Source: Gaiellaceae bacterium
GTDB taxonomy: Bacteria > Actinomycetota > Thermoleophilia > Gaiellales > Gaiellaceae
Length of the DNA: 64,000 bases
Assembly (NCBI GenBank): GCA_035999905.1
Contig: DASYGK010000027.1
Span: forward strand, 11,709 to 75,708
Reading direction: 5' to 3'
The notes beneath the pieces are model-generated. The model was not told the DNA's origin and did not search any database. It saw only the letters and a list, made by a program, of their open reading frames with translations. Positions 54,857 to 63,370 of the stretch are shown piece by piece. The translations under genes were made by a program, and so were the position numbers. Numbering within the stretch: position 1 is the first letter of the stretch; the number at the start of each line of letters is the position of its first letter.

Positions 54857-55663
54857 GAGAGCCGAGGCTCTGACGGGGGCACGGGGACGTCGCAGTCCTT
54901 GGAACGCGGCCTCGCGATCCTCTCCTCGTTCCATTCCGACCGGCCGCTGATCGGTGTCAGCGAGCTCTCGCGCGACCTCGAGCTGAGCCGGAGCACCGCG
55001 CACCGCTACGTCGCGACGCTCGCGAAGCTCGGCTATCTCCAGCAGGACGCCGAGTCGAAGCGCTACCGGCTCGGCCCGAAGGTGCTCGACCTCGGCTTCT
55101 CGGCGCTCAACTCGATGGAGCTCGTCGAGATCTCGGCGCCGCACCTCCGGCGGCTGAGCGACGAGACCGGCCGCACCGTCAACCTCGCGATCCTCGACGG
55201 CATCGACGTCGTCTACATCGAGCGCTACCGGACGGCGCAGCAGGGCCAGCGCGAGATCGACCTCAACCTCCACGTCGGCGCGCGGCTCCCGGCGTACTGC
55301 ACGGCGATGGGGAAGGCGATCCTCGCGTTCGTCCCCGAGGAGCAGCTTGCCGGCGTCCTTCCTCAGATCGACTTCGTGCCGCGCGGGCCGAACACGCTCA
55401 CGAGCCCCAGTGCGTTCCGCGCCGAGCTCGCGAAGATCCGCAGCGCGGGGCTCGCCGTGAACGACGAGGAGCTCGCATACGGGCTGCGCTCGATCGCGGC
55501 GCCGATCTACTCGCACTCGGGCGAGGTGATCGCGGCGCTCAACCTCGCGGTGCACCGCACCATGGCGTCGATGGACGAGATGGTCGCGCGCTTCGGCCCT
55601 GCGGTGATCAAGTCGGCGCAGGAGATCTCGCAGAGCATGGGGCACAGGCCCGCCACCGTCTGA
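54854..55663 (+). CDS. IclR-family transcriptional regulator (PcaR/PobR-like)
   Basis: 269 aa. N-terminal wHTH (SLERGLAILSSF....LIGVSELSRDLELSRSTAHRYVATLAKLGYL) and a C-terminal IclR effector domain (GLAVNDEELAYGLRSIAAPI). Confidence 0.88.
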   Translation: MESRGSDGGTGTSQSLERGLAILSSFHSDRPLIGVSELSRDLELSRSTAHRYVATLAKLGYLQQDAESKRYRLGPKVLDLGFSALNSMELVEISAPHLRRLSDETGRTVNLAILDGIDVVYIERYRTAQQGQREIDLNLHVGARLPAYCTAMGKAILAFVPEEQLAGVLPQIDFVPRGPNTLTSPSAFRAELAKIRSAGLAVNDEELAYGLRSIAAPIYSHSGEVIAALNLAVHRTMASMDEMVARFGPAVIKSAQEISQSMGHRPATV

Positions 55664-57639
55664 TGCCCGCGCCGCAGCGTGACGACCCGGGCGTCCTGTG
55701 GACGCCGCCGCCCGACGTCCGCGACACGACCGAGATCGGGCGGTATCTCGCGTGGCTCGAGCGCGAGCGCGGGCTCGCGTTCGCCGGCTACGACGAGCTG
55801 CAACGCTGGTCGGTCGACGATCTCGAAGGCTTCTGGTCGTCGATCTGGGAGTTCTTCGAGGTGAAGGCGCACGCGCCGTATGACGCGGTGCTCGCGTCGG
55901 ACGCGATGCCGGGCGCCGTGTGGTTCCCCGGGGCGCGGCTGAACCTCGCGGAGCACCTGCTCGGCGCGGACGAGGACACGGACGCGGTCGCGGTGATCGC
56001 ACGCGGTCAGACGCGCGACCCGATCGAGCTGACGTTCGGCGAGCTCCGCGAGCAGGTCGCGCGGGCGCGCGCCGGGCTGCTGCGTCTCGGCGTCCAGCCG
56101 GGCGACCGGGTCGTCGCGTTCATGCCGAACATCCCCGAGACGCTCGTCGCGTTCGCCGCGACGGCGAGCATCGGCGCCGTGTGGGCGAGCTGCGCGCCGG
56201 AGCTCGGGCCGCGCAGCGTCATCGACCGGCTCGTGCAGCTCGAGCCGACGGTGCTCCTCACGGTCGCCGGCTACGGCTTCCGCGACCGCTCCGTCGATCG
56301 CCGCGACGAGGTGGCGACGATCCGTGCGGCGCTGCCCACGCTCCGTCACGTCGTGCACGTGCCGTACGGCGAGCACGTCATCGCCGACGCGCTGCCGTGG
56401 AGCGAGCTCCTTGCGGAGAGCGGTCCGCTCGAGTTCGCGGGCGTCCCGTTCGACCATCCGCTGTTCGTGCTCTTCTCGTCGGGCACGACTGGACGCCCGA
56501 AGGCGATCGTGCACGGGCACGGCGGCATCCTGCTCGAGTACCTCAAGGCGCACTCGTTCAGCTGGGATCTGAAGCCGGGCGGCCGGCTGCTGTGGTTCTC
56601 GACGACGTCGTGGATGATGTGGAACGCGCTCGTTCACGCGCTGCTCGTGCGCTCGTCGATCGTGATGCTCGACGGCGACCCCGCGTGGCCCGACTACGAC
56701 TGGCAGTGGCAGGTCGCCGAGGAGACGCGTCCGACGTTCATGGGCGTCGCGCCGGTGTTCCTGATGGCGTGCCGCAAGGCGGGGCTCCATCCCGGCCGCG
56801 ATCACGACCTCTCGTCGATCCGCGTCTTCGGCGCGGCCGGCTCGCCGCTCCCGCTCGAGGGCTACCGCTACGTCTACGAGGAGCTCGGGCCCGACGTGAT
56901 GCTGCTCAACGGCAGCGGCGGCACCGATGTCTGCAGCGGGATCGTCGGCGGCTCGCCGATGCTGCCGGTCTACGAGGGCGAGATCTCGGGGCGCCTGCTC
57001 GGCTGTGCGGCCGACGCGGTCGACGCGGACATGAGGCCGGTCGTGGGCGAGCTCGGCGAGCTCGTGATCACGAAGCCGATGCCGTCGATGCCCGTCGCGC
57101 TCTGGGGCGACGCGGACGGGTCGCTCTACCGGAGCTCGTACTTCGAGATGTTCCCCGGCGTGTGGCGGCAGGGCGACTGGATCATCTTCGCGGAGCGCGG
57201 CTCGTGCCGCGTGACGGGGCGCTCCGACGCGACGCTCAACCGCGGCGGCGTGCGCCTCGGCACGAGCGAGTTCTACGGCGTCGTCGAGGAGCTCCCGGAG
57301 ATCGTCGACAGCCTCGTCGTCCATCTCGAGGACGCGGAAGGCGGCGCGGGCGAGCTCGTGCTGTTCGTCGTGCTCGCCGACGGGGTCTCACTCGACGACG
57401 ACCTGCGCGGGCGGATCGGCAGGGCGCTGCGCGCGGAGCTCTCGCCGCGGCACGTCCCCGACACGATCCGTGCGGTGCCCGCGGTGCCGCGCACGCTCAC
57501 GGGCAAGAAGCTCGAGGCGCCCGTGAAGCGCCTGCTCCGCGGCGATCCGATCGAGGCCGTCGCAAGCCGCGACTCGCTGCTCGACCCGACGGCGCTCGAC
57601 CTGTTCGCCTCGATCGCGCTCGACCGGCCGGCGACCTAG
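55663..57639 (+). CDS. Acetoacetyl-CoA synthetase-like acyl-CoA ligase (AMP-forming, beta-keto-acid type)
   Basis: 658 aa. The AACS-type N-terminus is present (LWTPP......T.IGRYLAWLE.ERGL.F..Y.EL.RWSV.DLE.FW.S.W.FF), with AMP-binding motif FSSGTTGRPK and a C-terminal TLTGKKLE. Its ATG overlaps the iclR stop (TGATG). Confidence 0.85.
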   Translation: MPAPQRDDPGVLWTPPPDVRDTTEIGRYLAWLERERGLAFAGYDELQRWSVDDLEGFWSSIWEFFEVKAHAPYDAVLASDAMPGAVWFPGARLNLAEHLLGADEDTDAVAVIARGQTRDPIELTFGELREQVARARAGLLRLGVQPGDRVVAFMPNIPETLVAFAATASIGAVWASCAPELGPRSVIDRLVQLEPTVLLTVAGYGFRDRSVDRRDEVATIRAALPTLRHVVHVPYGEHVIADALPWSELLAESGPLEFAGVPFDHPLFVLFSSGTTGRPKAIVHGHGGILLEYLKAHSFSWDLKPGGRLLWFSTTSWMMWNALVHALLVRSSIVMLDGDPAWPDYDWQWQVAEETRPTFMGVAPVFLMACRKAGLHPGRDHDLSSIRVFGAAGSPLPLEGYRYVYEELGPDVMLLNGSGGTDVCSGIVGGSPMLPVYEGEISGRLLGCAADAVDADMRPVVGELGELVITKPMPSMPVALWGDADGSLYRSSYFEMFPGVWRQGDWIIFAERGSCRVTGRSDATLNRGGVRLGTSEFYGVVEELPEIVDSLVVHLEDAEGGAGELVLFVVLADGVSLDDDLRGRIGRALRAELSPRHVPDTIRAVPAVPRTLTGKKLEAPVKRLLRGDPIEAVASRDSLLDPTALDLFASIALDRPAT

Positions 57640-58358
57640 AGCTGCTCGAGCCACGCCGCCGCGGCCGACGCGATGCGCGGCTCGACGCCGAGCTCTTCGA
57701 GGTACGCGGCCGCCGCCTGCATCTCGTCGACGCGCCGGGCCGCATGCGCGTGGCTGCCCGACACGAGCCGCTCGAGCAGCGGCTCCCCGAGCACCGCGGC
57801 GATCTCGTCGCGGATGCGGTCCTCGGCGCCCGCCGCGCGCGCCGCCTCGAGGCTCTCGATCGCGGCGGCCGCCATCCCCTTCATGAAGACGCTCCGCAGC
57901 AGCTTCAGGCCCGCCGCGTCGCCGGGCTCCGGCCCGACGACCTCGACCGGCATCCCGAGCGGGACGAGGAGCTCGGCGAAGCGCGCCGCTCCCGCGCCCG
58001 ACGCGAGCGCCGGCGTCGCGAGCCCCGTGCTCGGGACGATGCCGAGCAGCGCGACGTCGGCGAACGGCACCGGCAGCGCCGCCGCGAGCTCGCGCTTGAG
58101 CGCCGGTGCGCTCGTGTTGAGATCGGCGTACACCGCGCCCGCGTCGAGCGCGCCCCCGACCTCGCGTGCGACGTCGGCCGCGACCGCCGCGGCGTTCACG
58201 CTCAGCACGGCCTCGGCGCCCGCGACCGCGTCCGCCGCGCTCTCGACTCCCTCGACCCGGTGTGCGGGATCCCAGCCGCGCACGACGCAGCCTGCCGCGG
58301 CGAGGTCGGCGGCGAGTCGTCCGCCCGCCTCCCCGAGCCCGAGGACGGCGACCCGCAT
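57636..58358 (-). CDS. NAD(P)-binding oxidoreductase (6-phosphogluconate-dehydrogenase-like N-domain plus DUF1932-like C-domain)
   Basis: 240-aa tail of track ORF 57636..59345, from ATG 58358. Rossmann N-terminus MRVAVLGLGEAGGRLA, then LKLLRSVFMKGM in the helical C-domain. Confidence 0.6.
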   Translation of the reverse strand: MRVAVLGLGEAGGRLAADLAAAGCVVRGWDPAHRVEGVESAADAVAGAEAVLSVNAAAVAADVAREVGGALDAGAVYADLNTSAPALKRELAAALPVPFADVALLGIVPSTGLATPALASGAGAARFAELLVPLGMPVEVVGPEPGDAAGLKLLRSVFMKGMAAAAIESLEAARAAGAEDRIRDEIAAVLGEPLLERLVSGSHAHAARRVDEMQAAAAYLEELGVEPRIASAAAAWLEQL

Positions 58359-58975
58359 CAGCCCTCGAAGAGCTCGCGCAGCCCGTTCACGTCGTACGAC
58401 AGCTCGCCCGCCGCGTAGCGCTCGCGCAGCGCACGCTCGCGCTCCGCACGCTCGCGCGCGAGCGGCAGCACCTCGTCGATCCGCTCGGCCGGCAGCGCCA
58501 TCGCGCCGTCGCAGTCGAGCACGACGAGGTCGCCCGGCTTGATCTCCGCGCCGCCGACGACGACCGGCACGTCGAGCTCGCCCTGCTCGCCCTTCGTCGC
58601 ACCCGACGCGCGCACGAAGCGCGCCCAGATCGGCAGGCCGATCGCGGCGAGCTCGTCCAGGTCGCGCACCGCGCCGTCGACGAGGATCCCCGCGACGCCG
58701 CGCACCTGCGCCTGCGTCGCCAGGAGCTCCCCGACGAGCGCAACGGCGACGGGCTCGAAGCTCGTGAGCACGAGCACGTCGCCCGGCTCCGCGTGCGCGA
58801 TCGCCGCGTGCACCATCGAGTTGTCGCCGGAGGCGTTGAGAGCGATCCGCGCGGGCCCTGCGACGCGCGAGCCGGGCACGACCTGCTTCAGCGGGAGGTC
58901 GACGACGCCGATCCGGCCGGCCGCCTCGTGCACGGTCGCAACGCCGAGCTCGGCCAGCTCCGCGTAGTCGGTCAC
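58358..58975 (-). CDS. RraA-family class II aldolase (4-carboxy-4-hydroxy-2-oxoadipate / HMG aldolase, oxaloacetate decarboxylase type; LigK/GalC-like)
   Basis: 205 aa. RraA fold blocks are present (GDNSMVH.AI....GDVLV, GELLAT.A...GVAGILVDGAVRD, P.WAR). Confidence 0.78.
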   Translation of the reverse strand: MTDYAELAELGVATVHEAAGRIGVVDLPLKQVVPGSRVAGPARIALNASGDNSMVHAAIAHAEPGDVLVLTSFEPVAVALVGELLATQAQVRGVAGILVDGAVRDLDELAAIGLPIWARFVRASGATKGEQGELDVPVVVGGAEIKPGDLVVLDCDGAMALPAERIDEVLPLARERAERERALRERYAAGELSYDVNGLRELFEG

Positions 58976-59685
58976 AGCGCGTCGACGACGACGGGGATCT
59001 CGCGCTCGAACGCCTCCGCGTACGCGACGTCCTTACGTCCGGAGATGCGCCGCGCGTGGTTCGCGCGATGCTCGCCGCGCTCGGAGTAGTACTGCTTGAG
59101 GTAGTTCTGCGCGCCCATCGCGTCCATCGCCGCCACCTTCTTCTTCCACACCGGCGTGACGTCGACGAACGTCGTCGGCACGAAGCCGCAGAGCTCTGGC
59201 TGGTGCGGCTCGAAGAGCAGCAGCTCCGGCGGCGCGACCGTCTTGAACGCGCTCGCGACGCCGGCGCCGCTCGCGAGCTGCCGCGCCTGCACCGTCGCGT
59301 CGTGAGCGACGCCGTGATCGGGATTGAATGGGTCGCGCGCCGCATGCGTGAGCATCACGTTCGGGGCGAGCTCGCAGATGAGGTCGCGCAGCCGGTCGAC
59401 CGCCGCCGCGTCGAGCACGAGCGGATAGTCCCCGAGATCGAAGCTGCTGAACGTCGCTCCGAGCGCGGCCGCCGCCGTCGTCGCCTCGCCGCGGCGGATC
59501 TCCTTCACGCGCTCCTCGGTCTGGCCAGGCTCCTTCCAGAGCTCGCCCGACTCGCCGCGCTCGCCGTAGGACAGCGCGACGACGTGCGCGGTCCCGCCGT
59601 CCTCGACGAAGCGCGCGATCGCGCCGCCCGCCCGCCAGACGAAGTCGGCGGCGTGCGCGCTCACCACGAGCATCGACCTAGGCAC
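58972..59685 (-). CDS. PIG-L/LmbE-family zinc hydrolase-fold protein (GalB-type 4-oxalomesaconate hydratase candidate)
   Basis: 237 aa. PIG-L motifs are present (LVVSAHAADF..RAGG, NPDHGVAH). It overlaps the aldolase gene by 4 nt. Confidence 0.75.
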   Translation of the reverse strand: MPRSMLVVSAHAADFVWRAGGAIARFVEDGGTAHVVALSYGERGESGELWKEPGQTEERVKEIRRGEATTAAAALGATFSSFDLGDYPLVLDAAAVDRLRDLICELAPNVMLTHAARDPFNPDHGVAHDATVQARQLASGAGVASAFKTVAPPELLLFEPHQPELCGFVPTTFVDVTPVWKKKVAAMDAMGAQNYLKQYYSERGEHRANHARRISGRKDVAYAEAFEREIPVVVDAL

Positions 59686-60568
59686 CGGCGAGCAGCCTCG
59701 TGTTCGTCACGGCCATCACCCGCACATCATCCTCGCTGAAGCCCGCCTCGAGCAGCCGATCCGCCATCAGCGCGAGCCCGTCCTCGACCGGCGGATTCTG
59801 CACCTGGCCGAGATCGGTCGAGAGGACGTTACGCTCCGGGCCGGTCGCGCGGATCGACTCGAACGTCTGCTCCCACGAGACCTTCCCGCTGTGGATCGGC
59901 GCGAAGCAGCGCTCGAGCAGCGCGCCCTTCTCCGCGAGCGCGCGCTGCTCGTCGACCGGAACGCCCTGGGTCGGATAGTCCGGATGCGTGACGACGACGT
60001 GCCGCACGCCCGCCGCGAGCGCACCGTCGACGACGTCGTGGATCTCCGCCCGGCCGAGGTGCCCGGTCGCGAGCACGAGCTCGTGCTGGGCCACGACGGC
60101 GTACACCCGCGCGAGCGCGCCGTCCTCGAGGGCGACCGGCGGCATGCCGACCCCCGCCTCCGCGAGCGAGTCCTGCACCTTCCGCCACGCCGGCGGCTTC
60201 GCGGGCTTCGGTCCGTCCTCGCTCGCCTCGTTCTCGGAGTCGACGGTGGGCAGCCAGACGATCCGGCCGCCTTCGCGCGCCAGGATCTCGACCGCCTGCG
60301 CGTTCAGGCCGCCGACGCCGTTGTTGAGCGTGATCGCGCCGAGGGCGTCGACGCCCGGGACCGCGCCGCGGACGACCGCCGCGCGCTCCGCCGTCGGGAC
60401 GTAGTGCGACTTGAGCACGAAGCCCGCGAGCCCGACCGCCTCGAACCGGCGTGCGAGCCCGAGGTCGTCGATCCGGCGCTTCGCGAGATCGGGCTCGACG
60501 TGCACGTGCAGGTCGTACCCGCCGCGGACGAGCTCGCGTGCGCGCGACGAGCACTCAGTGTCCGGCAA
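59678..60568 (-). CDS. Metal-dependent hydrolase-like TIM-barrel protein (amidohydrolase/PHP-like, uncharacterised family)
   Basis: 296 aa. It has an N-terminal DLHVHVEPD motif and later ATGHL and VVTHPDYP His blocks. The only in-frame start is TTG 60568, which overlaps the dioxygenase 3' end by 14 nt. Confidence 0.55.
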   Translation of the reverse strand: MPDTECSSRARELVRGGYDLHVHVEPDLAKRRIDDLGLARRFEAVGLAGFVLKSHYVPTAERAAVVRGAVPGVDALGAITLNNGVGGLNAQAVEILAREGGRIVWLPTVDSENEASEDGPKPAKPPAWRKVQDSLAEAGVGMPPVALEDGALARVYAVVAQHELVLATGHLGRAEIHDVVDGALAAGVRHVVVTHPDYPTQGVPVDEQRALAEKGALLERCFAPIHSGKVSWEQTFESIRATGPERNVLSTDLGQVQNPPVEDGLALMADRLLEAGFSEDDVRVMAVTNTRLLAGA

Positions 60569-61529
60569 GAAGCTCCTCTTCCTGCGCGACGGGCGGCGAG
60601 CCCTTGATGTGGAACGACGCGACCGTCTGCATGCCCCACGCCTGGCCCTTCGCGCGCTCGGCCTGCGACCAGACGACCGGCTCGTGCGCGGGGTCGAAGA
60701 TGAGATAGCCGCCGGCGCACACCTCGATGCGGTTGCCGCCCGGCTCCCACGTGTAGAGGAAGAATGTCTGTTGGATCGCGTGCTTGTGCGGGCCCGACTC
60801 CATCACGATCCCGTGCTCGAGGAAGATGTCCGCCCCGCGCAGCACGTCCTCACGCTGGTCGACGAAGAACGCGATGTGGTGCAGCCGGCCGCGCGTCCCC
60901 GTCATGTCGCGCGTGTACGTCACGTCGTACGACTTCTGGTTCGACGCGAGCCACACGCCCGCCTCGCGGCCGTCGTCGAGCACGATCTGCTCCGTGAGGC
61001 GCAGTCCGAGGTTCGCCTCGAGGAACGCGCGGTTCTCACCGGGGTCGACGGCGAGGAAGTTGATGTGGTCGAGATGGCGCACCCCGACGCCGCGGCCGGG
61101 ATACCGCTGCGGCTGGTTCTTGAGCGACGGCTTCAGCTCCGGTGGCGCGACATAGCGCTCCGACTCGTAGAAGAGCTCGAAGCGGTGGCCGTCGGGGTCG
61201 AGGAAGCTGTAGGCGCGCCCGTGCCCGAGGTCGCCGTCGTGCCACTCGCCGCCCGCTCCGTTCGCCTCGAGCGCGGCGACGCGGCGGTCGAGCGCCTCGG
61301 GGCTGTGCGTGCGATACGCGAGGTGGCCGACGCCCGACGAGGGCGCGTGCGTGAGCTTCAGCGACGCGCGCTCGTAGTCGCCGAAGCAGCGGAGGTACAC
61401 CGAGTCGCCGCGCTCGGCCTCGACCTCCATGCCGAGGATCCCGCGGAAGTAGTGGAGGCTCTCGTCCGGCTTCGGCGTCAGCAGCTCGACGTGCGACAGG
61501 TGCGCGAGGTCGCGAACGGTCTCGGTCAT
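60555..61529 (-). CDS. Type I (vicinal oxygen chelate) extradiol ring-cleavage dioxygenase, catechol 2,3-dioxygenase family
   Basis: 324-aa tail of track ORF 60555..61829, from ATG 61529. It is a two-domain VOC protein with metal ligands in HLDHINF, RLHHIAFFV and YTWEPGGNRIE. Confidence 0.88.
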   Translation of the reverse strand: MTETVRDLAHLSHVELLTPKPDESLHYFRGILGMEVEAERGDSVYLRCFGDYERASLKLTHAPSSGVGHLAYRTHSPEALDRRVAALEANGAGGEWHDGDLGHGRAYSFLDPDGHRFELFYESERYVAPPELKPSLKNQPQRYPGRGVGVRHLDHINFLAVDPGENRAFLEANLGLRLTEQIVLDDGREAGVWLASNQKSYDVTYTRDMTGTRGRLHHIAFFVDQREDVLRGADIFLEHGIVMESGPHKHAIQQTFFLYTWEPGGNRIEVCAGGYLIFDPAHEPVVWSQAERAKGQAWGMQTVASFHIKGSPPVAQEEELLAGH

Positions 61530-62971
61530 GCGAGGTAGCCGTGCGGATCGGCATGCAGGTGGTCGGCGAGCCGGCTCGCGAGCGCCATGATCGTCAGCGA
61601 CGGGTTGACCGAGAGCGTCCGCGGGACGACCGAGCCGTCGCCGACGTAGAGCCGTTTCACGTCCCACGACTGCGCGTCCGCGTCGACGACCGAGCGCTCG
61701 GGGTCGCTGCCCATCCGGCAGGTCCCCTGGATGTGCGTCGTGATCAGCCCGGTCCAGAGCACTTCCGTCGCGCCGGCGGCGCGCAGCGCGTCGCGGCTGA
61801 AGTCGAGGGCGCCGTCGATCCGCTTCCACTCTCGGTCGTTGAACGCCGCCTCGAACGACTCGGCGCCGCTCTCGTCGACGTGGACGCTGCCGTTGTTCTC
61901 GTCGTTGACCATCGCGAGCACGCCGACCCAGCGCCGGAAGCCGCGCGCGGCCTCGACGAGCTTCGGCCCCCAGAGCGGGCCGTTCTCGTCCTCGAGCGTC
62001 GTCGCGAAGCCGATCGGATCCTGGATCGTCGCCGCCTCGACGACGAAGCCGCCGTCCTCGTCGTGCTGGTGGTCCATCGCGTGCGTCGTGATCGGGTAGA
62101 CCATGTGCGTGTCCTGCGGCTCGTCGAAGAGCCCATAGACGAGGCGCGCAGGGTGGAAGCCGAGGTTGCGGCCGACGAGCCGGCTCGACGGGCTGTCGGG
62201 CAGCCCGGAGCGCATCAGGAGCTGCGGCGTGTTGAGCGTGCCGGCAGCGACGACGACCGCGCCCGCGTCGACACGGCGCAGCGCGCCGTCTGGCCCGACG
62301 TACTCGACTCCCGTGGCCTCACCGTTCTCGACCACGACGCGTTCGACGCGGCAGTCGGCGCGCAGCTCGAGGCCGCCGGTGACCCAGGCGTCCTGGATGT
62401 AGGTGTTCTGCGTCGACTTGCCGGAGTTCGTCGGGCAGCCCTGGAGGCACGAGCCGCAACTCATGCACGTCGTGTCGGTGTACGAGCGGACGGACTCGAG
62501 CGTGGAGCCGAGCGCCCGGAATCCCGGTTCGACGGTGCGCACGCTCTTCGGCCAGTCGTTGCGCTCGCGCACCCCGAGCCGCTGCTCGACGCGGTCGTAG
62601 TGCGGCGCGAGGTCGCTCTCGCCGAACGGCGAACCGCCGGTGGTAGCCAGCCCGCTCGCCGCGTGCCATTTCTCGAAGTCCTTCGCGTGCGCGCGCAGAG
62701 CGACCTTCGTGTTGATCGTCGTCGAGCCGCCGACGCAGCGGCCGGCGACGAGCCCGACGGCGCCGCGCGCGCCGCCGTCGATCAGCGCGAAGCGGATCGG
62801 CCACCAGAGATCGTGCGCCGCCTTCGCCTCCCAGCGCGTGAAGTCGGCGGCTGTCTTGTGCGGGCCGACCTCGAGGAGCAGGACCTTCCGGCCGCGCTCC
62901 GCGAGCTCGCCGGCGACGACGCCGCCGCCCGCGCCCGATCCGACCACGACGACGTCGAAGCGCTCGCTCAT
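61526..62971 (-). CDS. GMC-family FAD oxidoreductase
   Basis: 481-aa tail of track ORF 61526..63889, from ATG 62971. FAD fingerprint DVVVVGSGAGGGVVAGELA, GGSTTIN, and a C-terminal GTCRMG...VVD....W.V..LYV.DGSV.P block. Confidence 0.85.
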   Translation of the reverse strand: MSERFDVVVVGSGAGGGVVAGELAERGRKVLLLEVGPHKTAADFTRWEAKAAHDLWWPIRFALIDGGARGAVGLVAGRCVGGSTTINTKVALRAHAKDFEKWHAASGLATTGGSPFGESDLAPHYDRVEQRLGVRERNDWPKSVRTVEPGFRALGSTLESVRSYTDTTCMSCGSCLQGCPTNSGKSTQNTYIQDAWVTGGLELRADCRVERVVVENGEATGVEYVGPDGALRRVDAGAVVVAAGTLNTPQLLMRSGLPDSPSSRLVGRNLGFHPARLVYGLFDEPQDTHMVYPITTHAMDHQHDEDGGFVVEAATIQDPIGFATTLEDENGPLWGPKLVEAARGFRRWVGVLAMVNDENNGSVHVDESGAESFEAAFNDREWKRIDGALDFSRDALRAAGATEVLWTGLITTHIQGTCRMGSDPERSVVDADAQSWDVKRLYVGDGSVVPRTLSVNPSLTIMALASRLADHLHADPHGYLA

Positions 62972-63330
62972 GCGATGCCGAGGTACGACCAGTCCTTCGC
63001 GAGCCGCGTCGCGAGGGGCGTGTTGAAGTCGATCTCGGCCCAGGCGCCCTCGACGTCGACTCCGGGTGCGACGAAATCGCTGTAGAACGCCTCGATCGCG
63101 AGCGCGCGGACGTAGAGGAAGTCCGGTGTCCCGACGTGGTCTCCGACGTCGCCGGAGGCGACCGTCGCGAAGGCGGCGAGCGTGCCTGCGCGCATGCCGT
63201 CGTCCATCCGCGCGAGCAGCGCGTCGAGGTACACCGCGGGCCTGACGCGGGCCGACCCCGGGACGATCGCGTCGCAGACGCGCTCGACCGATTCCGCCGT
63301 CGCCGCGTCCAGCACCTTGAGGTCGACCAT
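62968..63330 (-). CDS. Small subunit partner of the GMC oxidoreductase (gluconate 2-dehydrogenase subunit-3-like)
   Basis: 120-aa tail of track ORF 62968..63699, from ATG 63330. It overlaps the GMC gene by 4 nt. No twin-arginine signal is visible. The family assignment is tentative and rests on size, context and the A.E.FYSD block. Confidence 0.5.
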   Translation of the reverse strand: MVDLKVLDAATAESVERVCDAIVPGSARVRPAVYLDALLARMDDGMRAGTLAAFATVASGDVGDHVGTPDFLYVRALAIEAFYSDFVAPGVDVEGAWAEIDFNTPLATRLAKDWSYLGIA

Positions 63331-63370
63331 CGCCCGATGATAAATCAGGCAGACTGATATCGGAAATGCG

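Noticed and set aside
51371-56002. 1543-aa minus-strand ORF spanning from the E1 alpha gene to beyond iclR
   Set aside because: Only its last 346 codons (from GTG 52411) encode a TPP E1 alpha subunit. The rest is Arg/Pro-rich and runs out of frame across the TIM-barrel, LigM-like and iclR genes.
63331-63370. Imperfect palindrome CCGAT...ATCGG in the AT-rich 40-nt gap between the GMC small-subunit gene and metF, considered as an operator
   Set aside because: Only the outer 5 nt pair. The interior does not form a convincing inverted repeat and bears no similarity to the 16-nt box. This is probably just divergent -10/-35 sequence.
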